51,377 nucleotides of DNA from an uncultured Desulfobacteraceae bacterium (GTDB taxonomy: Bacteria; Desulfobacterota; Desulfobacteria; Desulfobacterales; JAABSP01), in NCBI GenBank assembly GCA_964633575.1, contig CAZWGY010000002.1, forward strand, positions 1 to 51,377. Direction: 5' to 3'. Made by a program: the position numbers and the translations under genes. This document shows, in pieces, positions 1-8,863 of this stretch. Position 1 is the first letter of the stretch; the number at the start of each line of letters is the position of its first letter. The notes under the pieces are model-generated. The model saw only the letters and a list, made by a program, of their open reading frames with translations, ran no database searches and was not told the DNA's origin.

Positions 1-20
1 AAAAAATTAGAATTTATTTA

Positions 21-85
21 ACCACGAATCACACGAATAACACGAATTAGAATTAAAAATTAGTGTGATTCGTGTTATTCGTGGT
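21..85. repeat. Imperfect palindrome built from CACGAAT heptamers, with an AT-rich spacer
   Basis: Read directly. 21-47 is ACCACGAAT-CACACGAAT-AACACGAAT (three 9-bp units). 63-85 is GTGTGATTCGTGTTATTCGTGGT, whose reverse complement matches 21-43 except for two swapped dinucleotides. The spacer 44-62 is AT-rich. Function unknown; it could be a hairpin, a terminator or a protein-binding array. Confidence 0.6.
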
Positions 86-119
86 TCCGGATTTTTCGAT
101 TGGAGCACCGGCGTCTCGG

Positions 120-266
120 ATTTTCACGATAAAATGGTTTTTAACCGTTCAGAGCCGCGACCGTCAGGGAGCGAATTTTCGACGTTCGATCGGCTCGCCG
201 AATCGCTCCCTAACGGTCGCGGCTCTGCATTGTAGAAGCACGGGCGTCACGTATTTTCACGATAAA
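120..266. repeat. Long hairpin flanked by perfect 14-bp direct repeats (REP/MITE-like element or structured 3' RNA)
   Basis: Arms CAGAGCCGCGACCGTCAGGGAGCGA (150-175) and TCGCTCCCTAACGGTCGCGGCTCTG (about 203-227) pair over about 25 bp with one mismatch. ATTTTCACGATAAA occurs identically at 120-133 and 253-266 on either side. The element lies 10 nt downstream of the stop codon of the minus-strand gene 276..1238. No T-tract follows the stem on either strand, so it is not a canonical intrinsic terminator. Confidence 0.6.
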
Positions 267-275
267 CCGAAAACC

Positions 276-1238
276 CTAACCGCGCACCGCGGTAACGATG
301 GAATCGACCACCCGGTTGGCCCGCTCCCAGACGACCTCGAAGGTGGTGGATGGAATGGCGTTCTGAAGCTGTGACCGCATAAAACTCGACCGGTTATCCG
401 ACTCGTCGGGGACCGGGTAGAAAAAGGCCCGGACCAGCCCTTCGCCGGCCATGGCCTGGACCCGGTCGATAAAGGCATTTTGCAAATCGAGTTTGGTGGG
501 ATGGGGGGTGGTGTAGAGGAAGATGAGCTGGCCCTCACGGTTCCGGCCGAACTCCCGGATGGCCGCTTCGGGAAAGGTGTACTGCTGGGGACAGTCGCTG
601 TCCTGGTTCAAAAGATCCGAAAAGATGATGACCCGCCCGCCGGCCCGCCGGGGGAGAACCTCCCGCATGAGCGCGTAAAGCGGGGTGGTCAGCGGCTGGG
701 TGGAGGTGGGGTCATTTTTGGGCACGGAGATATCCCGGATCGGGTTTTCCACCTCGTAGGTAAAGGTCACCTCGTCCTTCGGCGACCGGGTCGAGACCAC
801 CTCCTCGACCGAATCGAGCCCGCAACCCGGGTTTCCGAAGGAGACCACGTGGTAGGAGACCGCCGGGTCTCCCACGAAGGTCTTGAGCCGGGAGATCACG
901 TTGAACTTGAAGTCGGTCAGGGTCATGGGATCGACGGTGGCCGAGACATCGATGGCCACGTAAAACAGGTTCGGCTTGGGCTGTCGGATCTGGCGAAGCT
1001 CGGCGGCCACCCCCTGGTTGGTGAAATAGAGGACCGTGACGAAGATCACCAGGGCGAGAAACAGGCCGCCGATGATGAGAACGGGCTTGGATCGGAGAAA
1101 AGATCGTTTTTTCATCCAGAAATATCTCATGTTGCCACCGCATTTCGGACAAATGGTCGAGGCCGAAATGGTGGCGGACGACGTATAGCCGCAGTGGGCG
1201 CAGAAAACCCCTCTGCGGCGAACGGATCGTGAAGGCAT
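276..1238 (-). CDS. Zinc-ribbon / single-TM / vWA-like domain protein (last gene of the kinase-phosphatase-FHA operon)
   Basis: ORF track, 320 aa. It has an N-terminal CxxC...CxxC (CAHCG...CPKCGG), then the hydrophobic segment PVLIIGGLFLALVIFVTVLYF. A domain of about 230 aa follows, with MIDAS-like AIDVSAT and a later VIIFSDLL strand as in vWA folds. There is a 3-nt gap to the upstream FHA gene. The vWA call rests on motif recall only. Confidence 0.55.
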   Translation of the reverse strand: MPSRSVRRRGVFCAHCGYTSSATISASTICPKCGGNMRYFWMKKRSFLRSKPVLIIGGLFLALVIFVTVLYFTNQGVAAELRQIRQPKPNLFYVAIDVSATVDPMTLTDFKFNVISRLKTFVGDPAVSYHVVSFGNPGCGLDSVEEVVSTRSPKDEVTFTYEVENPIRDISVPKNDPTSTQPLTTPLYALMREVLPRRAGGRVIIFSDLLNQDSDCPQQYTFPEAAIREFGRNREGQLIFLYTTPHPTKLDLQNAFIDRVQAMAGEGLVRAFFYPVPDESDNRSSFMRSQLQNAIPSTTFEVVWERANRVVDSIVTAVRG

Positions 1239-1241
1239 TGG

Positions 1242-1955
1242 TTATTTGTGAATCAACTGCATCTTGGCCGAGCCGATCTCGACCACATCGAACTGTTTCA
1301 GGAGCACCGAGGTCTTCACCGTATCGCCGTTGACCTTGGGCTTGGAAAGGCCGCCGACGTAGCTCAGGTAGTAGCCGTCAGGCCGCTTGCTGATGGTCGC
1401 GGCGGTCTGTCCCACCGTGAGTCCGCTGACCACGATGTCGGAGGCCGGGTTCTTCCCGATCTTCGTCAGCTTCTTGGTCAGCTCCACCTCGCCATCGCCG
1501 CCGGAGAGATAGGAAAGTATCCCGACGTTTTCCGTGCCGGCCGACTGGCTGGACATGCTCGAGACGTTTTTGGCCAGCATGTTCCGGTACTTGCCCGTGT
1601 CCATGACCATGGTCTGATTCATGGCGTTGTCTCCGTCGGCCTCGGGCTGGGCCTCGCCCTTGGAGTAGGCAAAGAGGAGAACATGCTTGCCGATGGTGAT
1701 GACGTCGCCGTTCTGGAGCCAGTGGGAGATCACGAGCTGATCGTTGACAAAAGTCCCGTTCTTGCTCTTTAAGTCGGTGAGCAGAAAGCTATTTCCCGTC
1801 CAGTCGATCTTGGCGTGGTGACCGGAGACCGCAAGGTTTTCGATGACCACGTCGTTGCTCTCCAACCGGCCGATGGACATCGACTGACCGCGCTCCAGGC
1901 GGTACTCCTTGATTTTGGTGTCGTCCTTTTTGAATTTCAGCGTTAAAGTCGGCAT
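1242..1955 (-). CDS. Protein with two FHA (forkhead-associated, phosphothreonine-binding) domains
   Basis: ORF track, 237 aa. The N-terminal half has IGR...NDVVI...VSGHHAKI...LTDLKSKNGTFVN...L..GDVITIG, a classic FHA signature. The C-terminal half repeats the pattern (KIGKNPASDIVV...GQTAATI...NGDTV...L..FDVVEIG). It sits between the PP2C gene and the vWA-like gene. Confidence 0.85.
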   Translation of the reverse strand: MPTLTLKFKKDDTKIKEYRLERGQSMSIGRLESNDVVIENLAVSGHHAKIDWTGNSFLLTDLKSKNGTFVNDQLVISHWLQNGDVITIGKHVLLFAYSKGEAQPEADGDNAMNQTMVMDTGKYRNMLAKNVSSMSSQSAGTENVGILSYLSGGDGEVELTKKLTKIGKNPASDIVVSGLTVGQTAATISKRPDGYYLSYVGGLSKPKVNGDTVKTSVLLKQFDVVEIGSAKMQLIHK

Positions 1956-1988
1956 CCCAGTTCCCTCTCTCGTATCAAAAGTGCGCGG

Positions 1989-2807
1989 TTAAGTGGCGGG
2001 CTTGAAAAGCCTGGCGAGCCAGCCCGTGATCCCGCCGCCGGGTTGTCCCACTTGTTTGATTTTGAGCACGATGACGGTGATGTTGTCATCCCCCCCCCGC
2101 TCGTTGGCCATGTCCACCAGCTTCCGGCAGGCGACGGCCGGGCGGTGGGCTTGGACCACCCGCCGGACCTCCTCGGGCGCCAGCATGTCGCTCAGTCCGT
2201 CGGAAGCCAGCACAAGAATATCCCCGGGAAAACAGGGCAGCTCGCAAGCGTCCGGTTCCACGGTCCGCTCGATCCCCATGGCCCGGGTGAGCATGTGGCT
2301 GAATTTGCCCCCGAGCTGCTGTCCGCCTTCGGGGTGGAGCGCCATCTGCTCGGCGAGGACGGTGTGGGTTACGGCGAGGTTCTGGATGGAATCGTTCCGG
2401 ATCAGGTAGATGGGGCTGTCCCCGACGTTGGTGGCGATAACGGTGTCATCGGTGAAAAGCACCGCCGAGACGGTGGATCCCATCCCCTCGTAAGACGCCC
2501 GGTTGTTCGACATCTGGAAAACCACCCGGTTGGACAGGTGGATGCTGGAGACAAGCCGGTTGGCGTCCTTGGACAGGGTCTGGTCCACCTCGGCGAGCTC
2601 CTCGGCGTCCGCGTTGTTCCGGAACCGTTGCATGTAATCCTGCATGGTCTTGACCACCAGCCCGGATGCCACTTCTCCGGCCTGATGACCGCCCATGCCG
2701 TCCGCCACCACGTAAATCTTCAGCTCATCGTCGAAAAAGAGGGAATCCTCGTTGGATTTGCGCTTTTTCCCGACGTCGGTGAGGCCCGCCGATTCCACAA
2801 CTACCAT
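1989..2807 (-). CDS. PP2C-family Ser/Thr protein phosphatase
   Basis: ORF track, 272 aa. PPM motifs are present: NEDS, VVADGMGGHQAGEVAS, GMGST, LASDGL, GGDDNITVIV. Confidence 0.92.
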   Translation of the reverse strand: MVVVESAGLTDVGKKRKSNEDSLFFDDELKIYVVADGMGGHQAGEVASGLVVKTMQDYMQRFRNNADAEELAEVDQTLSKDANRLVSSIHLSNRVVFQMSNNRASYEGMGSTVSAVLFTDDTVIATNVGDSPIYLIRNDSIQNLAVTHTVLAEQMALHPEGGQQLGGKFSHMLTRAMGIERTVEPDACELPCFPGDILVLASDGLSDMLAPEEVRRVVQAHRPAVACRKLVDMANERGGDDNITVIVLKIKQVGQPGGGITGWLARLFKPAT

Positions 2808-2860
2808 GTCAATCCCTTCTTAGGTTCACAGGCCGTCAAATCCGGCTGACGCGACCCGGG

Positions 2861-5410
2861 TCAGCCGGCTGCCTGTTTTTTCTTTTTCTGGGCGGCATGG
2901 GCGTCGAGCTTCTTGCCCAGCATCCGGAGGTGGGCCGCCATCTGGCTCGCCTTCTGGTACCGCTTGGTCCGGTCTTTTTCCAATGCCTTGTCTATGATGG
3001 TCACCAGCGGCTTGATCACCCGGGGGTTGATATCACGGGGATTGGGGTGGGGCACGTTCATGATCTGGTGCATGAGCGCCGCCGGCGAATCCCCCTTGAA
3101 CGGCACGGCGCCGGTGAGCATCTGAAAGGCCATCGCCCCCAGGGAGAAGATATCCGACCGGCCGTCCACCTTTTCCCCGGAAATCTGCTCCGGAGACATA
3201 TAATGAGGGGTCCCCTTGACCACTCCGGTCTGGGTCTGGGAGCTGGCCGTGATCCGGGCGATCCCGAAGTCGGTGATCTTGATGATCCCCGTGCTCAGGA
3301 GCATGATATTGGCCGGCTTGACATCCCGGTGGACGATCCCCTTGTTGTGGGCGTAATCGAGGCCCTCGGCGATGTCGGCGACGTAGTCGATGACCTTCCG
3401 CATGGGCAGCAGATTGCTCTTTTTGGTGTACTTCTGAAGGTCTTCCCCCTCCAGGTACTCCATGGCGATGTAGGCGATGTCCCCCTCGTCCCCGGCATCA
3501 TAGATGGTCACGATGTTGGGGTGGGACAGGGTCCCGGCGCTTTCCGCCTCCCGGAAAAACTTCTGTTTGAGCTTTTCCGCCTCTTCGGGCTCGTAATCCT
3601 CGGTGAACCGGAAGGTCTTGATGGCGGTGGTCCGGTTGATCCGGGGGTCCTGACCCAGGTAAACCACGCCCATGGCGCCTTTGCCGAGCTGCTTGAGGAC
3701 TTCGTACCGGCCGAGGGTGGGGCGGGTCTCGCTCCCCTCGCTGATCAGCCCGTCCCCGCTGGAGGATGCCGACAGGAACCCGTCGCCGAAAATCATCGTG
3801 TCGCTGGCCTGGACGAGCTTTTTCTTCCGCCGGCTGACGTCCTTGTATTTCGGGTCGTGGTCCTCGATGTATTCGTAAACGGAAGCCGCTTTGTTGAGCT
3901 GCCGCTTCCGCTCGTAGTCCAGCCCCAGATTGTAGAGGAGGTCCTTGACCTCGTCGTCCACCGGAACCCGGCGGAACTTGTCAAAGGCCATGTCGAGCAT
4001 CCCCTGGCTCTGAAAGGATATCCCCAGCATCCGGTTGGTCTCCGCCGACTGCTCCTCAACCTTTTCCTTCCGGGCCTCGGTGACGAAGTAGTTGAGGGTC
4101 ATCACCCCGATATAGCCGATGATGAGCAAGAGCAGGGGATAGGCCACCTCGATCCAGAGCCCCGCTGAAACGAAGAGATAGAAGGATGCCCCCACCATCC
4201 CGGCCAGAAGACCCGCGAACAGGATCCCCGACAAAAGGGCCTTGAGCCGGGGCATCAGGACGGTCACGATCCCGCCCACCAGGAGGATCAGGGCGAAAAC
4301 AACGGTCCGGTTCCAGGACGGCTGGCGGATGAACTGGCGGTTGAGCATCGTCCAGATGGTGTGGGCCGACACCTCCCCCACCGACATCACCCCGGCGGTG
4401 GGGGTGGATATGGGGTTCATGATCCCCGCCGCGGTGGGGGTGATCATGACGATCTTGTCCTTGAAAAAAGACGCGGGAATGTTCCCGTTGATCACTTCCA
4501 CGAAAGATGCCCGCTTGAAGGCCCTTTGCCCCTCGGCTCTCTTGAAGGTGATCAGCATGTCCGTCCGCCGGGTCACCGGAATCGACAAGGGACCGACGGT
4601 CAACTCCTCGCCCACGGTCGCCTGGATTTCCCCGGCGGGGACATTGAGATAGAGGGCCACCAGCTTCAGGGAAAAGGCGGGGATGTGGAGGCCGCCGTAG
4701 CGGTAGAGCAGGGTCTCCCGCCGGACGACTCCATCGGAGTCATAGCTGATGTTCACGTGGCCCACCCCCCGGGCCGCCTCGAAAAACTCGGGGATCGGCA
4801 TGGAGATCCGGCCGCCCTCGGGTACCGGCAAGTCATCGGGGTTGCTGACGTTGCCCACCGCCTCCGGGCTCAGGATCTGGCTCTTGGCCCGGGTGTCCTC
4901 GGATACCAGGGCATCCTTGAAAAAGACCGGCAGGACCACCTCCTTGGCATCGGCGAGAGCCGCGGCCAGTATCCGGTCGTTGTCCAGGCGGGCTTGAGCC
5001 TGCTCCATGGCCTCTAAGACCTGCCGGCCGTCGGGCTGCTCCCCGATACTCCGGGCCAGCATCTCCGACAGGTACTGAAGCTCCTTTAACGCCGTGCTCT
5101 CGTCCGGCTCACTGTAGATGATATTGAGCCCGATGATGCGGGCGCCGGCCTCGCTCACCGCCTCGATTGCCGATGCGATCCGGGACCGGGGCCAGGGCCA
5201 CCGCCCCAGCTTGTCGATGGAGTCGTTGTCGATCTCCACCAGGACGATCGAATCGTCCCCCTCGGCATCGCCCCGCATTGCCATCCGGGCGTCGTAGAGC
5301 TTGAGCTCGATGGTGTCGATGAATGTCACCTGGAGCGCGGCAAAGGCCAGAAAAACCAGCGTAATGCCCACACCGAAGCTGATGGCGGGATATTTTTTCA
5401 AAAAGCCCAT
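2861..5410 (-). CDS. Membrane sensor Ser/Thr protein kinase with N-terminal CHASE2 domain
   Basis: ORF track, 849 aa. The N-terminus has a TM segment followed by about 330 aa with CHASE2-like motifs (IDTIELKLYDARM, VLVEIDNDSIDKLGRWPWPRS, GHVN...D.DGVVRR), then a cluster of TM helices (about aa 365-445). The C-terminus is a Hanks kinase: GKGAMGVV, AIK, HRDVKPANIML, DFGIA, GTPHYMSPE. Confidence 0.88.
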   Translation of the reverse strand: MGFLKKYPAISFGVGITLVFLAFAALQVTFIDTIELKLYDARMAMRGDAEGDDSIVLVEIDNDSIDKLGRWPWPRSRIASAIEAVSEAGARIIGLNIIYSEPDESTALKELQYLSEMLARSIGEQPDGRQVLEAMEQAQARLDNDRILAAALADAKEVVLPVFFKDALVSEDTRAKSQILSPEAVGNVSNPDDLPVPEGGRISMPIPEFFEAARGVGHVNISYDSDGVVRRETLLYRYGGLHIPAFSLKLVALYLNVPAGEIQATVGEELTVGPLSIPVTRRTDMLITFKRAEGQRAFKRASFVEVINGNIPASFFKDKIVMITPTAAGIMNPISTPTAGVMSVGEVSAHTIWTMLNRQFIRQPSWNRTVVFALILLVGGIVTVLMPRLKALLSGILFAGLLAGMVGASFYLFVSAGLWIEVAYPLLLLIIGYIGVMTLNYFVTEARKEKVEEQSAETNRMLGISFQSQGMLDMAFDKFRRVPVDDEVKDLLYNLGLDYERKRQLNKAASVYEYIEDHDPKYKDVSRRKKKLVQASDTMIFGDGFLSASSSGDGLISEGSETRPTLGRYEVLKQLGKGAMGVVYLGQDPRINRTTAIKTFRFTEDYEPEEAEKLKQKFFREAESAGTLSHPNIVTIYDAGDEGDIAYIAMEYLEGEDLQKYTKKSNLLPMRKVIDYVADIAEGLDYAHNKGIVHRDVKPANIMLLSTGIIKITDFGIARITASSQTQTGVVKGTPHYMSPEQISGEKVDGRSDIFSLGAMAFQMLTGAVPFKGDSPAALMHQIMNVPHPNPRDINPRVIKPLVTIIDKALEKDRTKRYQKASQMAAHLRMLGKKLDAHAAQKKKKQAAG

Positions 5411-5503
5411 GGGTCTATCGTCTCATTGGCGGTTTTGCGTATTCGGTAAGGCCGGGCGGCCATCGGGGCCGCGGAGGGTACACATCCTACGTAAATGTAC
5501 AGA

Positions 5504-5532
5504 CTTTTACCCAACTCGGGATGATCTGTCAA
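5504..5532 (-). promoter_or_regulatory. Candidate sigma70-type promoter for the kinase operon
   Basis: On the minus strand: TTGACA (5532..5527), a 17-nt spacer, then TAAAAG (5509..5504). It lies in the 143-bp gap between the nadK stop and the kinase start. Sequence match only. Confidence 0.35.
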
Positions 5533-5553
5533 ACAGAAAAGGGGCACCGGGCG

Positions 5554-6408
5554 TCAGACCCGGCCGCCGCTCCATCGGAGCTTGGCCTTGAGGACATCGA
5601 AATAGTGGCTCCCGGGCATGGTGATCATCTGCAGGGGATACCGCCCCTTCCGGATCACGATGGTATCGGCCTCGCTGATCTCCAGGCCCACCTGGCCGTC
5701 GAAAGTGATCATGATGTCGGAACAGGTTTCGGAGAGCCGGAGGGTAATGACCGCCGCGTCCGGAACGATCAGGGGCCGGTTGGTCAGAGTGAAGGGGCAG
5801 ATGGGGGTCATGATGATCCCGGGCACCGACGGGTGGATTACCGGTCCGCCGGCGGCCAGGGCGTAAGCGGTGGAACCGGTGGGAGTGGACAGGATCAGCC
5901 CGTCGGCCCGGTAAGTGGTCAGGTAGTGGCCGTCGATGAACGACTCGATGCTCGCCAGCCGGGCCAGGGTCCCCCGGTTGATCACCACGTCGTTTAAGAC
6001 CGTCTCCCGGGCCACCTCCCGGCGGTCCCGGTTGACCCGGACATCCAGCCGCATCCGGGCATCGAGGGTGAAGTCGTCGGCCAGCACGGCGGCGGCCGCG
6101 GTGAAAAGGTGCTCCTCGGCAATCTCCGCCAGAAATCCCACCTCACCGAACTTGACCCCCAGGATGGGCACCGTCCGGTCTCCGACCCAACGGGCCGCGC
6201 TCAGAAAGGTCCCGTCCCCGCCGAGGACCAGAACCCCGTCGAGCCCCTCCGGGGCATGGGACGGCTCGGCGGTCGAATGGCGGCGGTTGGGGGGCGGGCT
6301 CACCCGCCGGACGACATCGACCGACCGGTCGCGGAGCCACGCCTCGAGGGCGTCGGCCCGCTCAGCAGCCCGTGCATCGGCCTTAACGAACAATCCGATC
6401 TGCTTCAC
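5554..6408 (-). CDS. nadK: NAD(+) kinase
   Basis: The ORF track frame 5554..6618 contains the GGDGTFL motif ([16 protein letters not shown]), [23 protein letters not shown] and ICPF. I place the start at GTG 6408 (VKQIGLFVK...), which has GGAG 5 nt upstream and gives about 284 aa, typical for NadK. Alternative starts are ATG 6483 and the ORF maximum at 6618. Confidence 0.85.
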   Translation of the reverse strand: MKQIGLFVKADARAAERADALEAWLRDRSVDVVRRVSPPPNRRHSTAEPSHAPEGLDGVLVLGGDGTFLSAARWVGDRTVPILGVKFGEVGFLAEIAEEHLFTAAAAVLADDFTLDARMRLDVRVNRDRREVARETVLNDVVINRGTLARLASIESFIDGHYLTTYRADGLILSTPTGSTAYALAAGGPVIHPSVPGIIMTPICPFTLTNRPLIVPDAAVITLRLSETCSDIMITFDGQVGLEISEADTIVIRKGRYPLQMITMPGSHYFDVLKAKLRWSGGRV

Positions 6409-6639
6409 AGCGGCTCCAGGGGCTTGGGGAATGTCCGGGTACGCACCGGATCGCGGATTCCCCGCGACCCGTCGATCATACATGCCTCCGCCGACCCCGG
6501 CAAGGGCTTTTCCGGATCGGGACGGATTCTTTTGGCTTGACTCCGGGACGGGGTATCGATATAAAGGCGATTTCATGAGGATTTCGACTTTCAACCGGTA
6601 GCGACGCACCAAACCCAAAAACTTGAAGAGGAGGACACG

Positions 6640-7773
6640 ATGACGACACTGCGTATGAAAAGACTAATGGGTTTCACCCTGTTGGGACTGGCAACGATCC
6701 TGATGACGGCCGGAACCGCCATGGCGGCCGACACCATTCGGCTGGGCGTGGCCGGCGCCCACAGCGGGGACCTGGCATCCTATGGCATCCCCTCGATCCG
6801 GGCCGCCGAGCTGGTGGTCGAATCCGTCAACGCCGACGGCGGCATCCTGGGCAACGAAGTCACCATCCTCACCGAAGACGACGTCTGCAAGCCGGAAGTG
6901 GCGGCCAACACCGCCGCCAAGCTCGCCTCCGACGGCGTGCCCGTCGTCCTGGGCCACATCTGCAGCGGCGCCACCAAGGCGGCTTTGGGAATCTACAAGG
7001 CATCCAACATCATCGCCCTGTCCCCATCGGCCACCAACCCGGACCTCACCCAGAGCGGGGATTACCCCAACTTCTTCCGGACCATCGCATCCGATGACGC
7101 CCAGGCCCGGCTCCAGGTGGACTTCGCCCTCAACAAGCTCGGCCTGAAAAAGCTCGCCGTAATCCATGACAAGGGCGACTACGGCAAGGGCCTGGCCGAA
7201 TACGCCAAATTATTTCTCGAAGACGCCGAGGGCGCCGAAGTGGTCCTCTACGAGGGCGTAACGCCGGGCGCGGTGGACTATTCGGCCATCGTTCAGAAGA
7301 TCAAGCGATCCGGGGCCGAAGCGGTGATCTTCGGCGGCTACCACCCCGAAGCATCCAAGATCGTCATGCAGATGCGGAAAAAGCGGATGGGAACCACCTT
7401 CATCTCCGACGACGGCGTCAAGGACGACACCTTTATTAAGGTGGCCGGCGAGTACGCCGAGGGCGTTTACGCCACCGGTCCCCGGGACACCTCCAAAAAC
7501 CCCCTCGCCATCAAGGCCAACAAGTCCCACCAGGACAAGTTCGGAGCCGACCCCGGCGCATTCTTCCTCAACGCCTATGCCGGAACCCAGGCGCTGTTGA
7601 ACGCCATCGACAAGGCCGGTTCCACCGAATACGAAGCCGTCCGCAAGGCCCTCATGTCCGAATGGGTGGAAACCCCCCTGGGCAAGATCAGCTTTGACGA
7701 GCGGGGCGACGCCATCGGCGTGGGCTTCTCCATGTACCAGGTCAAGGAAGGCGTTTACGTCGAAGTGAAGTAG
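6640..7773 (+). CDS. livK: Branched-chain amino-acid ABC transporter substrate-binding protein (LivJ/LivK/BraC family)
   Basis: ORF track, 377 aa. It has a signal peptide ending TAMAADT. A type-I periplasmic binding fold pattern follows ([15 protein letters not shown], ...GHICSGAT..., [14 protein letters not shown]). GAGGAGGA lies upstream of the ATG. Confidence 0.9.
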   Translation: MTTLRMKRLMGFTLLGLATILMTAGTAMAADTIRLGVAGAHSGDLASYGIPSIRAAELVVESVNADGGILGNEVTILTEDDVCKPEVAANTAAKLASDGVPVVLGHICSGATKAALGIYKASNIIALSPSATNPDLTQSGDYPNFFRTIASDDAQARLQVDFALNKLGLKKLAVIHDKGDYGKGLAEYAKLFLEDAEGAEVVLYEGVTPGAVDYSAIVQKIKRSGAEAVIFGGYHPEASKIVMQMRKKRMGTTFISDDGVKDDTFIKVAGEYAEGVYATGPRDTSKNPLAIKANKSHQDKFGADPGAFFLNAYAGTQALLNAIDKAGSTEYEAVRKALMSEWVETPLGKISFDERGDAIGVGFSMYQVKEGVYVEVK

Positions 7774-7804
7774 CCGTCCCGGACCGTTTCCGGCCATTGT
7801 CACC

Positions 7805-7842
7805 GTCGGGGGGACGCTCGCCGTCCCCCGACCGGTCTTTTT
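7805..7842 (+). terminator. Intra-operon intrinsic terminator/attenuator after the binding-protein gene
   Basis: GTCGGGGGGACG (7805-7816) pairs with CGTCCCCCGAC (7822-7832) with one bulged G and loop CTCGC. It is followed by CGGTCTTTTT (T-run to 7842). Confidence 0.6.
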
Positions 7843-7878
7843 AAACCCCCAGCATCGAAAGCCGGCTGATACACCGCC

Positions 7879-8781
7879 ATGGACTATTTTCTTGAGCTGT
7901 TCCTCGGAGGGCTGACCCGAGGCTCCATCTACGCCCTCATCGCCCTCGGCTACACGATGGTTTACGGGATCATCGAGCTGATCAACTTCGCCCACGGCGA
8001 AATCTACATGATCGGGGCCTTCACCGCCCTGATCGTGGCTTCCGCCCTGACCGTCTTCGGATTCAACTCCCTGTCGATCCTGGTGCTGGCCTCGCTGGCG
8101 GCGGTGATCTGGTCGTCGGCCTACGGGTTTACCATCGAAAAGCTGGCCTACAAGCCGCTCCGGAAGGCCCAGCGCCTGTCGGCCCTGATCAGCGCCATCG
8201 GGATGTCCATTTTTCTCCAGAATTACGTCCTTCTGGCCCAGACCTCCGACTTCCTGCCGTTCCCGAGCCTGATTCCCGACTTCGCCTTCATGGAACCTTA
8301 CGCCCACATCATTTCCTCGGCCGAGGTGGTCATTGTTCTGACCACGGCCGCCGTCATGGTGGTCCTAACCGTCCTGATCAAGCTCACCCGGCTCGGCAAG
8401 GCCATGCGGGCCACGGCCCAGGACCGGGAAATGGCCATGCTCAGCGGAGTCAACGTCAACCGGGTCATCTCCTTCACCTTTATTATCGGTTCGGCCACGG
8501 CGGCGGTGGGCGGGGTTCTGATCGCCTCCCACATCGGGATGATCAACTTCTACATCGGCTTTATCGCCGGGATCAAGGCGTTTACCGCGGCGGTCCTCGG
8601 GGGGATCGGGAGCGTTCCCGGAGCGGTCCTCGGCGGGATGGTTCTCGGGTGGACCGAAAGTTTCGCCACCGGCTACGTCTCATCCGACTACGAGGACGTC
8701 TTCGCCTTCACGCTCCTGGTTTTCATCCTGATTTTCCGGCCCGAGGGCATCCTCGGCCGCTCCACCACCCAGAAGGTTTGA
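7879..8781 (+). CDS. livH: Branched-chain amino-acid ABC transporter permease LivH
   Basis: ORF track, 300 aa. Polytopic membrane protein with the typical LivH N-terminus (GLTRGSIYALIALGYTMVYGIIELINFAHGEIYMIGAF). Confidence 0.9.
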   Translation: MDYFLELFLGGLTRGSIYALIALGYTMVYGIIELINFAHGEIYMIGAFTALIVASALTVFGFNSLSILVLASLAAVIWSSAYGFTIEKLAYKPLRKAQRLSALISAIGMSIFLQNYVLLAQTSDFLPFPSLIPDFAFMEPYAHIISSAEVVIVLTTAAVMVVLTVLIKLTRLGKAMRATAQDREMAMLSGVNVNRVISFTFIIGSATAAVGGVLIASHIGMINFYIGFIAGIKAFTAAVLGGIGSVPGAVLGGMVLGWTESFATGYVSSDYEDVFAFTLLVFILIFRPEGILGRSTTQKV

Positions 8782-8863
8782 TGGTTCGTCCCGCGCCGGC
8801 GACCGGGGGCCGGCGCGGCGACCGCTTTACCGGATTTCCCCGCAAGAGCCCATAAGGGGGCGC

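Noticed and set aside
72-538. ORFs 72..374 (+) and 257..538 (-) at the left end.
   Set aside because: The first is a translation of the palindromic element (RDRQGA... / SLTVAAL-type strings). The second overlaps the real minus-strand gene 276..1238 in another frame.
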